A stretch of 63,124 nt of DNA, filler included, from Candidatus Woesearchaeota archaeon (GTDB taxonomy: Archaea; Nanobdellota; Nanobdellia; Woesearchaeales; GCA-2685855), in assembly GCA_002685855.1 (NCBI GenBank). It is 7 parts of 7 records of this genome, joined end to end, with 100 filler letters (N's around TTAATTAATTAA, not from the genome) between each part and the next. Parts side by side here need not be neighbours in the genome. Positions count along the whole stretch, not along the records: positions 1 to 14,083 come from NYYS01000001.1; 6 more parts are not named here. The stretch is one strand, 5' to 3'. A program made the position numbers and the translations under genes. Positions within the stretch are counted from its first letter, which is position 1, and each line of letters begins with the position of its first letter. This document shows positions 1 to 8,498 of this stretch, piece by piece. The notes beneath the pieces were generated by a model. It saw only the letters and a program-made list of their open reading frames with translations, made no database searches and was not told the origin of the DNA.

Positions 1-237
1 ATTTTATATGCTGCTTCCTGGTGTCCGCACTGTCAGAAGCAGATAGAGCTGTTTGGTGAGAGTTTTCAGTATCTTACCCATGTTGAGTGTGCTGTTGAGG
101 GAAGCCCGAACCAGCAGACCGAGGTGTGTTCGCGGGCCAGGATTGCTGGCTATCCTACCTGGGATATTGGTGGTGAGCGGGTTCAGGGGTTTAAGACGCT
201 GGAGGAGCTTGCAACGCTTTCTGGGTGTAGTCTTTAA
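1..237 (+). CDS. Thioredoxin-like domain protein (5'-truncated), of the type associated with VKOR
   Basis: Frame 1 reads ILYAASWCPHCQKQIELFG...VEC...C...IAGYPTW...LEELATLSGCSL*, with a CxxC motif and cis-Pro YPTW. Not in the ORF track because no start is in the window. Confidence 0.85.
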   Translation: MLYAASWCPHCQKQIELFGESFQYLTHVECAVEGSPNQQTEVCSRARIAGYPTWDIGGERVQGFKTLEELATLSGCSL

Positions 238-284
238 GGGGTCTGAAAACAAGTTTTATAAGCTTCTGAGAAATCACGTTGTGT

Positions 285-856
285 ATGGAAGAGAGTAAGA
301 TTGCATTAATTGATATGGATGGCACAATATGTGACTATGTTGGATCAATGTTGCGAGAACTGGAAAAGTTGAAATCTTCTGAAGAACCTGATATTGATCC
401 CTTTAAGACAGGTGATGATCCTCGATTTCAATATCTTTGGAATAGGATGGATCTGATAAAATCTAATAGGATTGGTGGGCAAATCTTCCAAGACTCCAGT
501 TAGGGTTTGATGTTTTGGAAATGACGAAAGAGCTTGGGTATGTTCAAGAAATTTTGACTCAGGCTCCTGAAACAAATCCAGCGGCTTTGGCGGGAAAACT
601 AAGATGGATTATAGGTAATCTAAAGGAGTATACTACTGATTTTGCAATGGTGCGTAATAAGGGCAGATATTATGGGAGAGTTCTTGTTGATGATTATCCT
701 GGATTTATTGAACCTTGGCTTGAACATCGTAAAAATGGTCTGGTTATTATGCCTTCTAATGAGTATAATCAAGAGTTTTCTCATCCTCAAGTTATTCGAT
801 ATGATGGAAGGAATAAAGAGGAAGTTAGGGCTGGCCTTGTGGGTGCCTTACATTGA
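285..856 (+). pseudogene. HAD-family 5'(3')-deoxyribonucleotidase (NT5C-like), split by a 1-nt frameshift near 465-470
   Basis: IDMDG HAD motif I is in the 279..503 frame. DWWANLP...ILTQAP...K..W...VLVDDYP continues in the 515..856 frame. Confidence 0.7.
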
Positions 857-904
857 TAGGGGCCAACAGATTCTTTTGTTAGAGAATTCGTTCTTTGAAT
901 TAGA

Positions 905-1501
905 TTATTTTAAGAGGGTAAAGAGGTCTTTTGCGTTTATTGTTTTTCCAAACATGATGGGCCAAGTATATCTTTTGAAGGTGTTTTGAAATTTTTGTCT
1001 TCTTGGTTGGTCTGTTGTTTCTATGAGATCTTTGAGGATGATAAAATGGTAATTTTTTGAGAATCCGCCTTGAATTGTTGCATGTACGCACCCGTCTCCA
1101 TATATGCCTGTTATTATGAGATATTTTATTTTTTTCTTTTTTAATATTTTGTCCAAGGAAGGGTTTACAAATGCATCGTAGCTGTTTTTTGTGATTATGA
1201 TGTCCTCTTTTTCTGGTTGAAGTTTGTAAAACTTCTCACTGTGTCCTGTTTTGTCGGTTGTATAATAGGTAGCTCGAGGGTTTTTGTAGAGTTCGTTTAG
1301 GTTATCTGGCAGGTGTTTTTTGTCCCATCGGGTGCAGTTTACATAGATGAGGGATCCTCCTATTCTTTTTTTGAATTTTGTGATAAAGGGGACTAATTTT
1401 TGAACCATGGTTCGTATTTTCTTGTGGTGTTTGGATTCACAGCAGAAATTAACTACATCTATGACCAGGAGGATGCTGTTTTTTGAATTTGGCTTGACCA
1501 T
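905..1501 (-). CDS. Isochorismatase-family cysteine hydrolase
   Basis: LLVIDVVN, KNSYDAF and ITGIYGDGCV motifs. A TATA-like element at about 1524-1530 supports the ATG at 1501. Confidence 0.85.
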   Translation of the reverse strand: MVKPNSKNSILLVIDVVNFCCESKHHKKIRTMVQKLVPFITKFKKRIGGSLIYVNCTRWDKKHLPDNLNELYKNPRATYYTTDKTGHSEKFYKLQPEKEDIIITKNSYDAFVNPSLDKILKKKKIKYLIITGIYGDGCVHATIQGGFSKNYHFIILKDLIETTDQPRRQKFQNTFKRYTWPIMFGKTINAKDLFTLLK

Positions 1502-1641
1502 GATACGCTTAATAGGAGGTGAGCTTATAAATTTTGCCAATCCCGTGTTTAAAGGTTTATTACATAAGAATTCCTTAGATGTAGTACAGTTTCAATTAAT
1601 AGATAGAAAAGTTTATTAAGTTAAGAAAGAGAGGTATTACA

Positions 1642-2475
1642 ATGTTTGAAGGAAAACAATACTTATTGACAATACCTGTACCCAGAAATGTTGCTGATGA
1701 AATGAATAGATTAATTTATGCCATAGCTGAAAAATCAGAAGAAGACCCTTCAAAAATAACCTCTAAAACACAAATAAGACCTGAATTTCACGTTACTCTG
1801 GGAGTTTTTCATCCTCATGCGTTTGAGACAAATAGAGGATTATTTAAAAAATTAATAAAGTATTTACATACTAATAAAGACCAATATAGATCCTTAAAGC
1901 ACATGTTCAGAGGAAGGTGCATTATATCAGGAATTGGTTTTCATGGTGGAAGTAAAACGAACCTTATTGAATGTGCTGTTGTATGGGCCACTGTAGTCTC
2001 AAATGAAGTCCATGAGATCAGAGAGAGAATACATAATCTTTTAGGTTTTGCAGGTATTGATAATGAACATTTTAATTTCACAGACCCACACATTACGTTA
2101 ATCACAAAAAAAGGAGATCTGCATGGAATACCCAAACCAGCTATGCTACATTTAAACGCATTTCTTGATGAGAACCATATCACGTTTGATTTTACTACAG
2201 TTAATTTTGAAAAAGAGATGGGGAGGGTTGTGTGTGCTTTTGGCGATGCAGGTATAGACGGTAAGCCCTCTGATAAATTTACAAAGTTTGTTAAAAAAAT
2301 GAGAAAAAAGATGTCTAAAGATCCTGTCTATAATTGGGGAAACTTGTTTAGACATCCCACATATAGAGCTGAAGCCTTAAAAATAAAAGAGTTAGTTATG
2401 AGTGAGGGAATTGGTAGTTTATTTAAAAATTATGGAAAGGATCAGGCGTTAGAAATTAAAAAATTAATTACCTAA
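1642..2475 (+). CDS. 2H phosphoesterase superfamily protein
   Basis: Two HxT motifs (FHVTLG, PHITLI) about 100 aa apart; upstream TTTATTAA promoter. Confidence 0.75.
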   Translation: MFEGKQYLLTIPVPRNVADEMNRLIYAIAEKSEEDPSKITSKTQIRPEFHVTLGVFHPHAFETNRGLFKKLIKYLHTNKDQYRSLKHMFRGRCIISGIGFHGGSKTNLIECAVVWATVVSNEVHEIRERIHNLLGFAGIDNEHFNFTDPHITLITKKGDLHGIPKPAMLHLNAFLDENHITFDFTTVNFEKEMGRVVCAFGDAGIDGKPSDKFTKFVKKMRKKMSKDPVYNWGNLFRHPTYRAEALKIKELVMSEGIGSLFKNYGKDQALEIKKLIT

Positions 2476-2602
2476 TTCCTGCTAGAAGCATCTTGCGTTC
2501 TCATTTTTTTCCATATTGATAATAATTCCTTTTCTTCTGAAAAGATGTCTAAAAACAGCATATAAATCCAAACAAAAGATTTATATACCCTTCGAGCTTC
2601 GC

Positions 2603-2611
2603 TTTTATAAA
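2603..2611 (+). promoter_or_regulatory. TATA box for the putative sRNA (and possibly dnaG)
   Basis: TTTTATAAA lies about 20-28 nt upstream of the structured element starting at 2631. Confidence 0.55.
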
Positions 2612-2630
2612 GCTTATGTCCGCATATGCT

Positions 2631-2711
2631 GGTGCCCGACATGAGAGTTACCCACCTGAGCCCGTCTTCGGACCTTGGCGATGAGTTTGGGAGTTAGTGA
2701 CTCGGGCAACA
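2631..2711 (+). ncRNA. Putative box H/ACA guide sRNA with K-turn; predicted target 23S rRNA helix 69
   Basis: Basal stem UGCCCGA/UCGGGCA is followed by ACA. The internal loop has GAGAGUUA and AGUUA, then upper stem CCCA/UGGG, K-turn CUGA-GCC...GGC-GAUGA, and a cUUCGg tetraloop. Confidence 0.7.
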
Positions 2712-2864
2712 TTTCATTCACGCTTACAGAACAGGCGTTTCATATTCATACTTTCACCCGTACATTCATTTATGCATAGAGTTTAGTAATGCATACCTTT
2801 GGGGATTACTTAGTTGATGAAACTCTTGTTCTAAATATCATAAAAAAGTAAAGGAGATGATACT

Positions 2865-4172
2865 ATGGCAAAGATAGCTCAAGTATCAGCGAAGTACATT
2901 ATCCATGCTTCCATCAATATTGAAGGAGTCGTAGACCGGCACGATGTTATCGGTGCTGTTTTTGGACAGACTGAAGGTTTGCTGGGAAGTGATCTTGAAT
3001 TGAGAGAGCTTCAGCGAAGTGGAAGAATTGGACGGATTGAAGTTAACGTTGATACAAAACAAGGAAAAACAACAGGGGAGATTGTTATCCCATCAAGTTT
3101 AGATAAGGCTGAAACAAGTATTGTGGGTGCGGCATTAGAGATTATTCAGAGAATCGGCCCTTGCAATGCAAAGATCAGAGTTTCAAGCATTGAAGATATC
3201 AGGATTAGTAAGAGACAGTTCGTGATTGAGCGAGCAAAGGAACTTCTTAGGACACTTACAGAAGGCGTACTTCCTGACAGCCAAGAGCTTGCAGATGAAG
3301 TTGCTTATTCTGTTCGGGTAATGGAGATTACTGAATTTGGAAGGGAACGGCTGGCTGCAGGTCCAGGCATTGATGAGTCTGACGAAATTGTTGTTGTAGA
3401 AGGAAGAGCTGATGTGATTAATTTACTGAAGCATGGGTTTAAGAACGCTATTGCAATGAATGGGACGAGTGTGCCTGAGACGATTGTTGAATTATGCAAG
3501 AAAAAAACTGTGACTGTGTTTGTAGATGGCGATCGTGGCGGTGATTTGATTATTAAGGAGTTGTTAGATGTTACTGAGATCGATTTTGTGACAAAGGCGC
3601 CTGACGGAAAAGAGGTTGAGGAGATTACAAAGAAAGAGATTCATAAAGCTCTTCGCTCTAAGGTCGCTGCAGAACAGGTGAAGCTGGAAATTAGCAAAGC
3701 ACCAGAGCCTACTTCATCTCAATCAAGATCTTCCAGCCCACAAAGAGCTCGACCTGCACCTCGACAGGAGCAGAGTCATTCTCGAAACGATCATCCTCAA
3801 CGGCAGGGAGATCGGTTTGATAGAAATAGTGATAGAAGAAGATCTCCACCACAGCGGGCTGAAGCTAAAAAAGAACCGAGTGATAAAGAACGTACAACGT
3901 TTCAAAAGATGCTTGAAGACCTGATTGGTACACGGGGAGCATATATCCTTGACAAGAATCTTGAGATTTTGGGAAAGGTTCCTGTAAGTGAACTTTCAAG
4001 TACGATAAAGAGTCTGGCAAACGGTATCTATTCTATTGTTTTTGACGGTGTTATAGATAAAGATCTTATCCTTGTTGCAGAGCGGGGAAATGTGAGTTTC
4101 CTTGTTGGTATGGATGCTAAGATCAAAACAGGGGGAAGGATCACTGTTTTAACAACAGAAAGCTTTTCCTAG
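2865..4172 (+). CDS. dnaG: Archaeal DnaG-like primase / exosome-associated protein
   Basis: DVIGAVFGQTEGLLG, TOPRIM motifs VVEGRADV and DGDRGG; RBS AAGGAG. Confidence 0.95.
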   Translation: MAKIAQVSAKYIIHASINIEGVVDRHDVIGAVFGQTEGLLGSDLELRELQRSGRIGRIEVNVDTKQGKTTGEIVIPSSLDKAETSIVGAALEIIQRIGPCNAKIRVSSIEDIRISKRQFVIERAKELLRTLTEGVLPDSQELADEVAYSVRVMEITEFGRERLAAGPGIDESDEIVVVEGRADVINLLKHGFKNAIAMNGTSVPETIVELCKKKTVTVFVDGDRGGDLIIKELLDVTEIDFVTKAPDGKEVEEITKKEIHKALRSKVAAEQVKLEISKAPEPTSSQSRSSSPQRARPAPRQEQSHSRNDHPQRQGDRFDRNSDRRRSPPQRAEAKKEPSDKERTTFQKMLEDLIGTRGAYILDKNLEILGKVPVSELSSTIKSLANGIYSIVFDGVIDKDLILVAERGNVSFLVGMDAKIKTGGRITVLTTESFS

Positions 4173-4179
4173 TTTTGCC

Positions 4180-4881
4180 ATGGCCGTGTCCAAAGAAAAG
4201 TGGAAGGTTTACAAAAACGTTTTTTCTTCTTTTTCTTTACGGACCCTTTTTACCCTGGCAAGCCAGGGACATTTTATTGAGTTAAAGAGTCCTATCTCTA
4301 TTGGAAAAGAGGCAAATATCTATTCTGCTGAAACTAATGAAGGAAATTTAGTTGTTGTTAAAATTTATCGTCTTGAGAATTGTAATTTTAATAAGATGAA
4401 GGAGTATCTTCGTCTGGATAACAGGTATCATGGGAAGAAATTTACTTCAAGAGGAACAGTTTTTAACTGGGTGCAGAGAGAGTATAGAAATCTTCTTTTG
4501 TCGCGGGATGCTGTTCCTGTTCCTATACCGTTAGCGTTTAAGAATAATGTGTTGGTGATGGAGTTTATTGGAAGTGATGGGAAGGCTGCGCCGATGCTGA
4601 AAGATGCTGAAATACGCGATCCTGAGAAGACCTTTGAAAAGATTATGGAAAATGTTTGTAAGCTGTGGAAGCAAGGATTAGTTCATGGTGATTTAAGTGA
4701 GTTTAATATTTTACTTCATAAGAATGTGCCTGTGTTTATTGATTTTTCTCAGGCAACACCTACAAAGAATTCATTTGCTTTGGAATTACTAGATAGGGAT
4801 ATTCTGAATATTTGTTCTTTTTTTTCTAAGAGAGGCGTAAAAACAAATAAAGAAAAAGAAAAAGAAAAGGTCCTTAGTTAA
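4180..4881 (+). CDS. rio1: RIO1-family serine/threonine kinase
   Basis: ISIGKEANIY, VKIYR, LVHGDLSEFNIL and IDFSQ motifs. Confidence 0.9.
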   Translation: MAVSKEKWKVYKNVFSSFSLRTLFTLASQGHFIELKSPISIGKEANIYSAETNEGNLVVVKIYRLENCNFNKMKEYLRLDNRYHGKKFTSRGTVFNWVQREYRNLLLSRDAVPVPIPLAFKNNVLVMEFIGSDGKAAPMLKDAEIRDPEKTFEKIMENVCKLWKQGLVHGDLSEFNILLHKNVPVFIDFSQATPTKNSFALELLDRDILNICSFFSKRGVKTNKEKEKEKVLS

Positions 4882-5074
4882 GGCTGGGAGGCGGAGGGAT
4901 GTTTGGGGCTTCCGGTAGCTCTTCACCAAAGACCTCTTCGAGACTTTTTGCAGTCTCTTTGTTGAGATCAGGAACTGTTTGCGAGGGTGCTTCTTCAAGG
5001 GGTTCTGTTGTTGTTTCGCATGCTGTTACCAAGATCATACAGACAAGTATTCCGAGGAGGATTTTTTGTTTCAT
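4874..5074 (-). CDS. Small acidic/Pro-rich lipoprotein
   Basis: MKQKILLGILVCMILVTAC lipobox-like signal; RBS GAGGAGG; last gene after the large secreted protein. Confidence 0.6.
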   Translation of the reverse strand: MKQKILLGILVCMILVTACETTTEPLEEAPSQTVPDLNKETAKSLEEVFGEELPEAPNIPPPPSLN

Positions 5075-5087
5075 TTTTTCATCCTCC

Positions 5088-8000
5088 TCAGCTGGATGGA
5101 TCAAAGAGATCCATGAGATCTGAACTTTCGATCTGGCTTGTCAGCAGTATTTCGTTTGGAACATTTTCTCCGTTCAAAATGGATGCAATATCGTTAGCAA
5201 AAATCACGTTGTTTGAAGGTGCTTGTTCATAGATGATGATCTTTGCTTCTCCCTTATAGATGGCTAGTAAGACTTCATCTTCAATTGCTAATGCATCCAC
5301 ATTGCTGAATAGCTCCCAAATTGGTGTCAATCCAAGGTATCCTTTATCGTTTATTCCATCGATGACATCGTATCCCAAGATAATATCTGAAGCAGGTGAA
5401 TCGTCTCCTACTGCGATGACAAATTCAGGTGCTTGCTTCACCTGTTCACATTTGTATTGTGGACAACCATCCTGCATACCACCTTTAAACACGCCAACCT
5501 GTTCTGCATAGGAGCCTTCAGGACAGTTCATTGCTTCGGGTCCGTGACATCCACTTCGGGTTTCTGTGCCTGAACCTTCAGATGGAGTTGGTTCAACGGT
5601 TACTGCTGTGTCTTCTACTACTGATTCTTCTATTCCTTCTGATTCCAATTCGACCATTGTTGGCTCAGTACCTGTTGAACCTGAGGATGCAGTATTTGAT
5701 TCCCCATGCTGAACTTCAGGTACTTCTTCCTGTGTCCAATAGTCTGATTTTGTTGGAAATGAAGGAGGTTGGAGACGAAAGCCCAGCATGCAACTTTCTT
5801 CTGATGTGATCTGAAGTCCTCTGTGGAGATCTGATTCTGTAAATATCTGATCAGGGTCCTGATCTCTCCATTTTTGGTTTTCTGCATCCCATCGGTATGC
5901 TGATTCTAGTTCACAATCTCCTAAGACGTCATTTAGGGTGTTCCCATAAAACCATCTTGGGATAGGAACGAGGTTTTCTCCTTTTTTCAAGGGGATCTCT
6001 TCTACTTCGTAGGCTTCTACATCGATGCCAATTGAGCAGTCGTTGTAGCTGTAGACCCAGAATGAGTGATCTGCGAGGTAGTTGGGAAGGTCTGCTCCTA
6101 GGATCTGGATTGCTTCCTTCATTGTGACGTAACGTTGTTCGTCATCAAGCCAGATGTATGCAACAAGTTTTCGTTCATTGTCACAGTCTCCTCTATCAAT
6201 CTTGTTTAGTTCTCCAGGAAAGCTTAGGAGGTTCCATCCTGTTTTGAGGTTTACTCTCACTGAACCGCTGATAGGGGGGGCTTCATTCACCTTGAGGAGG
6301 CTGGATACCATTCTTGATCCAGGGGTTCCTTTGTTTGAGATCTTAACATGTAATTTAAAGGTGTCCTGATCAATTAATGGAATAGGACTTTCTTCGACAT
6401 AGATTGTTGATTCTCTTGTTGTGGAATCATCTACTGCGAGTGCGACTCCATTTTCGTCATAGGTTACAGATCCCTCTATGGTTGTATCGTCGTGTGATAC
6501 TTCGACAACTTTTCTGTCTACAAGTTCGTTTGATGCAGTTGTGTGCGTGTAGGAGATCTGTGCTGTGCCGTCATCAGTTTCTTCGACAGATACTGTTACC
6601 CAGGATCCGTCTGAATTGTATGTTGTGTAAGCGTCTCCTTCGTGTTCGAGTTCGAAATCGTTTTCAGCTCTTTCTTCTATTTCTGTTTCAACAGTTGTTT
6701 CTTCGTTGATTACATGTGCGGTTACTGCTACGGTTGCTGTAGAGCTGCTTCTTGAGCTTTCACTCCTCATAAGATCTCTGTCTGCACTCCCTGCACTGAC
6801 TGTTACTTCTCTAACTGTTTCTTCAATTACTGCCCCATCATCAACAGCACTACCTGTTCGTTCTGTGGATGAGGAAGCAGTTCCTGAACTGACGGTTACA
6901 AGTGTAAGATCGTCTGACATGATGGGTCGTTCATGCCTGTTTGTTTCTCGGGTTGTGTCTACAGAGAATGTCATCTCTTTTGTGCTTCCGGATGCAACGG
7001 TGATTGTTGAGGGAATGTCTATGTAGTAGGGTACTCCTGTTGCAGTTAGAGTATAGGTTTGTTTTGATCCATCAAGAGGGTGGTTGTCTTTTATTGTAAG
7101 TGTGTAATAGATCTGTTCTCCTTTTGCTATGGTTGCTCGTTGGGGATCGAGTGATGCGTCAAATCTTGTAAGTCCAAAGCTCGGGACGTCTTTTTCCTGG
7201 TATCCTGGTGGTGCAGGTGCGTCCATAGCTATAGCTATTGCTGTTTCTGCAGTTGCAGAGGGTTGTGGTGCTGCTCCCCCACCGCCTCCGCGTCCTCCTG
7301 CTGAGCCTGAATCATCAGATTCTCCTCTAGCTTCAACAGCCTCTTCTACAGAATCTTCTATTTGAACTTCTTCTTCGACTTCACGTTCTTTCTCATTAAT
7401 ATATACAGTGATTCCATGATAGTTGTTGCTGTCAGAACTTTCTGTAATCTTGTTGTCTGGGTCTACGATAAGTGTAGTAATGTAACTTCCTTCGCTTCCT
7501 TTTACGCCTTGGTCTGCATTAAAGCTGTGTTTTACTGTTATTTCTACCTCTTCTTCCGGGGAAAGTGTTGGAATGGTTCCTTTTTTATTGATGTTTGATC
7601 CTTCTCCTGTGGGATAGCCGTTGTCGTACCAGATCCATTCAACATCTTTTAGTTCGTAGTTGCCGTAGCTTTTTATTGTTGCTGTGAAGGTTATTTCTTC
7701 TCCTTCTTCTGCAAATTGTTTATCTGAACTAATACTGGTGATGTAGAGTTCAGCATATTGATTGGTTTCTTCTTTCTTTATTTCTGTGGTGACTCCTGTT
7801 TCGGTGATTTCTTGAATAGTGAATGTGGTTCCGTCATCAAGAGTTACTGTTTCTCCTTCACCGAGAGGGTCAGTACGTTCTCCGTTAAGGATGAGGACGG
7901 CTTTGTTATCTACTATTTCAACGGTTGTGACTTCATAGGTTGTGCCTTCGATAGAAACCGTGTCTGTTTGTGCTTCTTCGACTTCGAGTTGTGTTTCAAA

Positions 8001-8099
8001 TGCTGAAACAGGGAAGAGGCTCATGAGGAGCAGAAATATTCCCATAATGCTGTATCTGTATTGATTTTTATTAGTTCTCATCCAGTTTTGTTTTCTCAT
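5088..8099 (-). CDS. Large secreted acidic surface / S-layer-like protein with a CARDB-like domain
   Basis: Signal peptide, CARDB-like IVDPDNKITESSDSNN, LKTGWNLLS motif, and an S-layer-like C-terminal VIAVGDDSPASDI. Confidence 0.7.
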   Translation of the reverse strand: MRKQNWMRTNKNQYRYSIMGIFLLLMSLFPVSAFETQLEVEEAQTDTVSIEGTTYEVTTVEIVDNKAVLILNGERTDPLGEGETVTLDDGTTFTIQEITETGVTTEIKKEETNQYAELYITSISSDKQFAEEGEEITFTATIKSYGNYELKDVEWIWYDNGYPTGEGSNINKKGTIPTLSPEEEVEITVKHSFNADQGVKGSEGSYITTLIVDPDNKITESSDSNNYHGITVYINEKEREVEEEVQIEDSVEEAVEARGESDDSGSAGGRGGGGGAAPQPSATAETAIAIAMDAPAPPGYQEKDVPSFGLTRFDASLDPQRATIAKGEQIYYTLTIKDNHPLDGSKQTYTLTATGVPYYIDIPSTITVASGSTKEMTFSVDTTRETNRHERPIMSDDLTLVTVSSGTASSSTERTGSAVDDGAVIEETVREVTVSAGSADRDLMRSESSRSSSTATVAVTAHVINEETTVETEIEERAENDFELEHEGDAYTTYNSDGSWVTVSVEETDDGTAQISYTHTTASNELVDRKVVEVSHDDTTIEGSVTYDENGVALAVDDSTTRESTIYVEESPIPLIDQDTFKLHVKISNKGTPGSRMVSSLLKVNEAPPISGSVRVNLKTGWNLLSFPGELNKIDRGDCDNERKLVAYIWLDDEQRYVTMKEAIQILGADLPNYLADHSFWVYSYNDCSIGIDVEAYEVEEIPLKKGENLVPIPRWFYGNTLNDVLGDCELESAYRWDAENQKWRDQDPDQIFTESDLHRGLQITSEESCMLGFRLQPPSFPTKSDYWTQEEVPEVQHGESNTASSGSTGTEPTMVELESEGIEESVVEDTAVTVEPTPSEGSGTETRSGCHGPEAMNCPEGSYAEQVGVFKGGMQDGCPQYKCEQVKQAPEFVIAVGDDSPASDIILGYDVIDGINDKGYLGLTPIWELFSNVDALAIEDEVLLAIYKGEAKIIIYEQAPSNNVIFANDIASILNGENVPNEILLTSQIESSDLMDLFDPSS

Positions 8100-8209
8100 C
8101 CTACCACCTTTTTTTGTTGTCTGTTAATGGGTACTCTGTTTTGATACTCTGTAGTATTGCACCATATTGGTACGGGGTGCTCTATTTTGCTGATCTGCTT
8201 ATTGCAGTA

Positions 8210-8380
8210 TTATGCTGCTATCTTTAGATAGCTTTCATCTAAATCGCTAGTATTACTATGAGGAGATTGAGGAGTGTAATAACCAGTGCACTTCCAATCA
8301 TGAATCCTGTCTTTATACGTTCTGACATTTTGCATCATTCCTTCTTCTTTTTGTTGAATCATCATATTTGTGGGGTTCAT
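8210..8380 (-). CDS. Possible small hypothetical protein (56 aa)
   Basis: ATG at 8380, about 30 nt downstream of a minus-strand TTATATATT element (8412-8420). Confidence 0.3.
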   Translation of the reverse strand: MNPTNMMIQQKEEGMMQNVRTYKDRIHDWKCTGYYTPQSPHSNTSDLDESYLKIAA

Positions 8381-8498
8381 TTGGAACCTGTATGTAGTAT
8401 GTGGTGATCCTAATATATAAGGATTAGGTGGACCCAAACCTGTTTCAAAGGATTATTTGTGCTCTATTTTTAGAAAGAAGAGTAATTTATGGTCCAAA

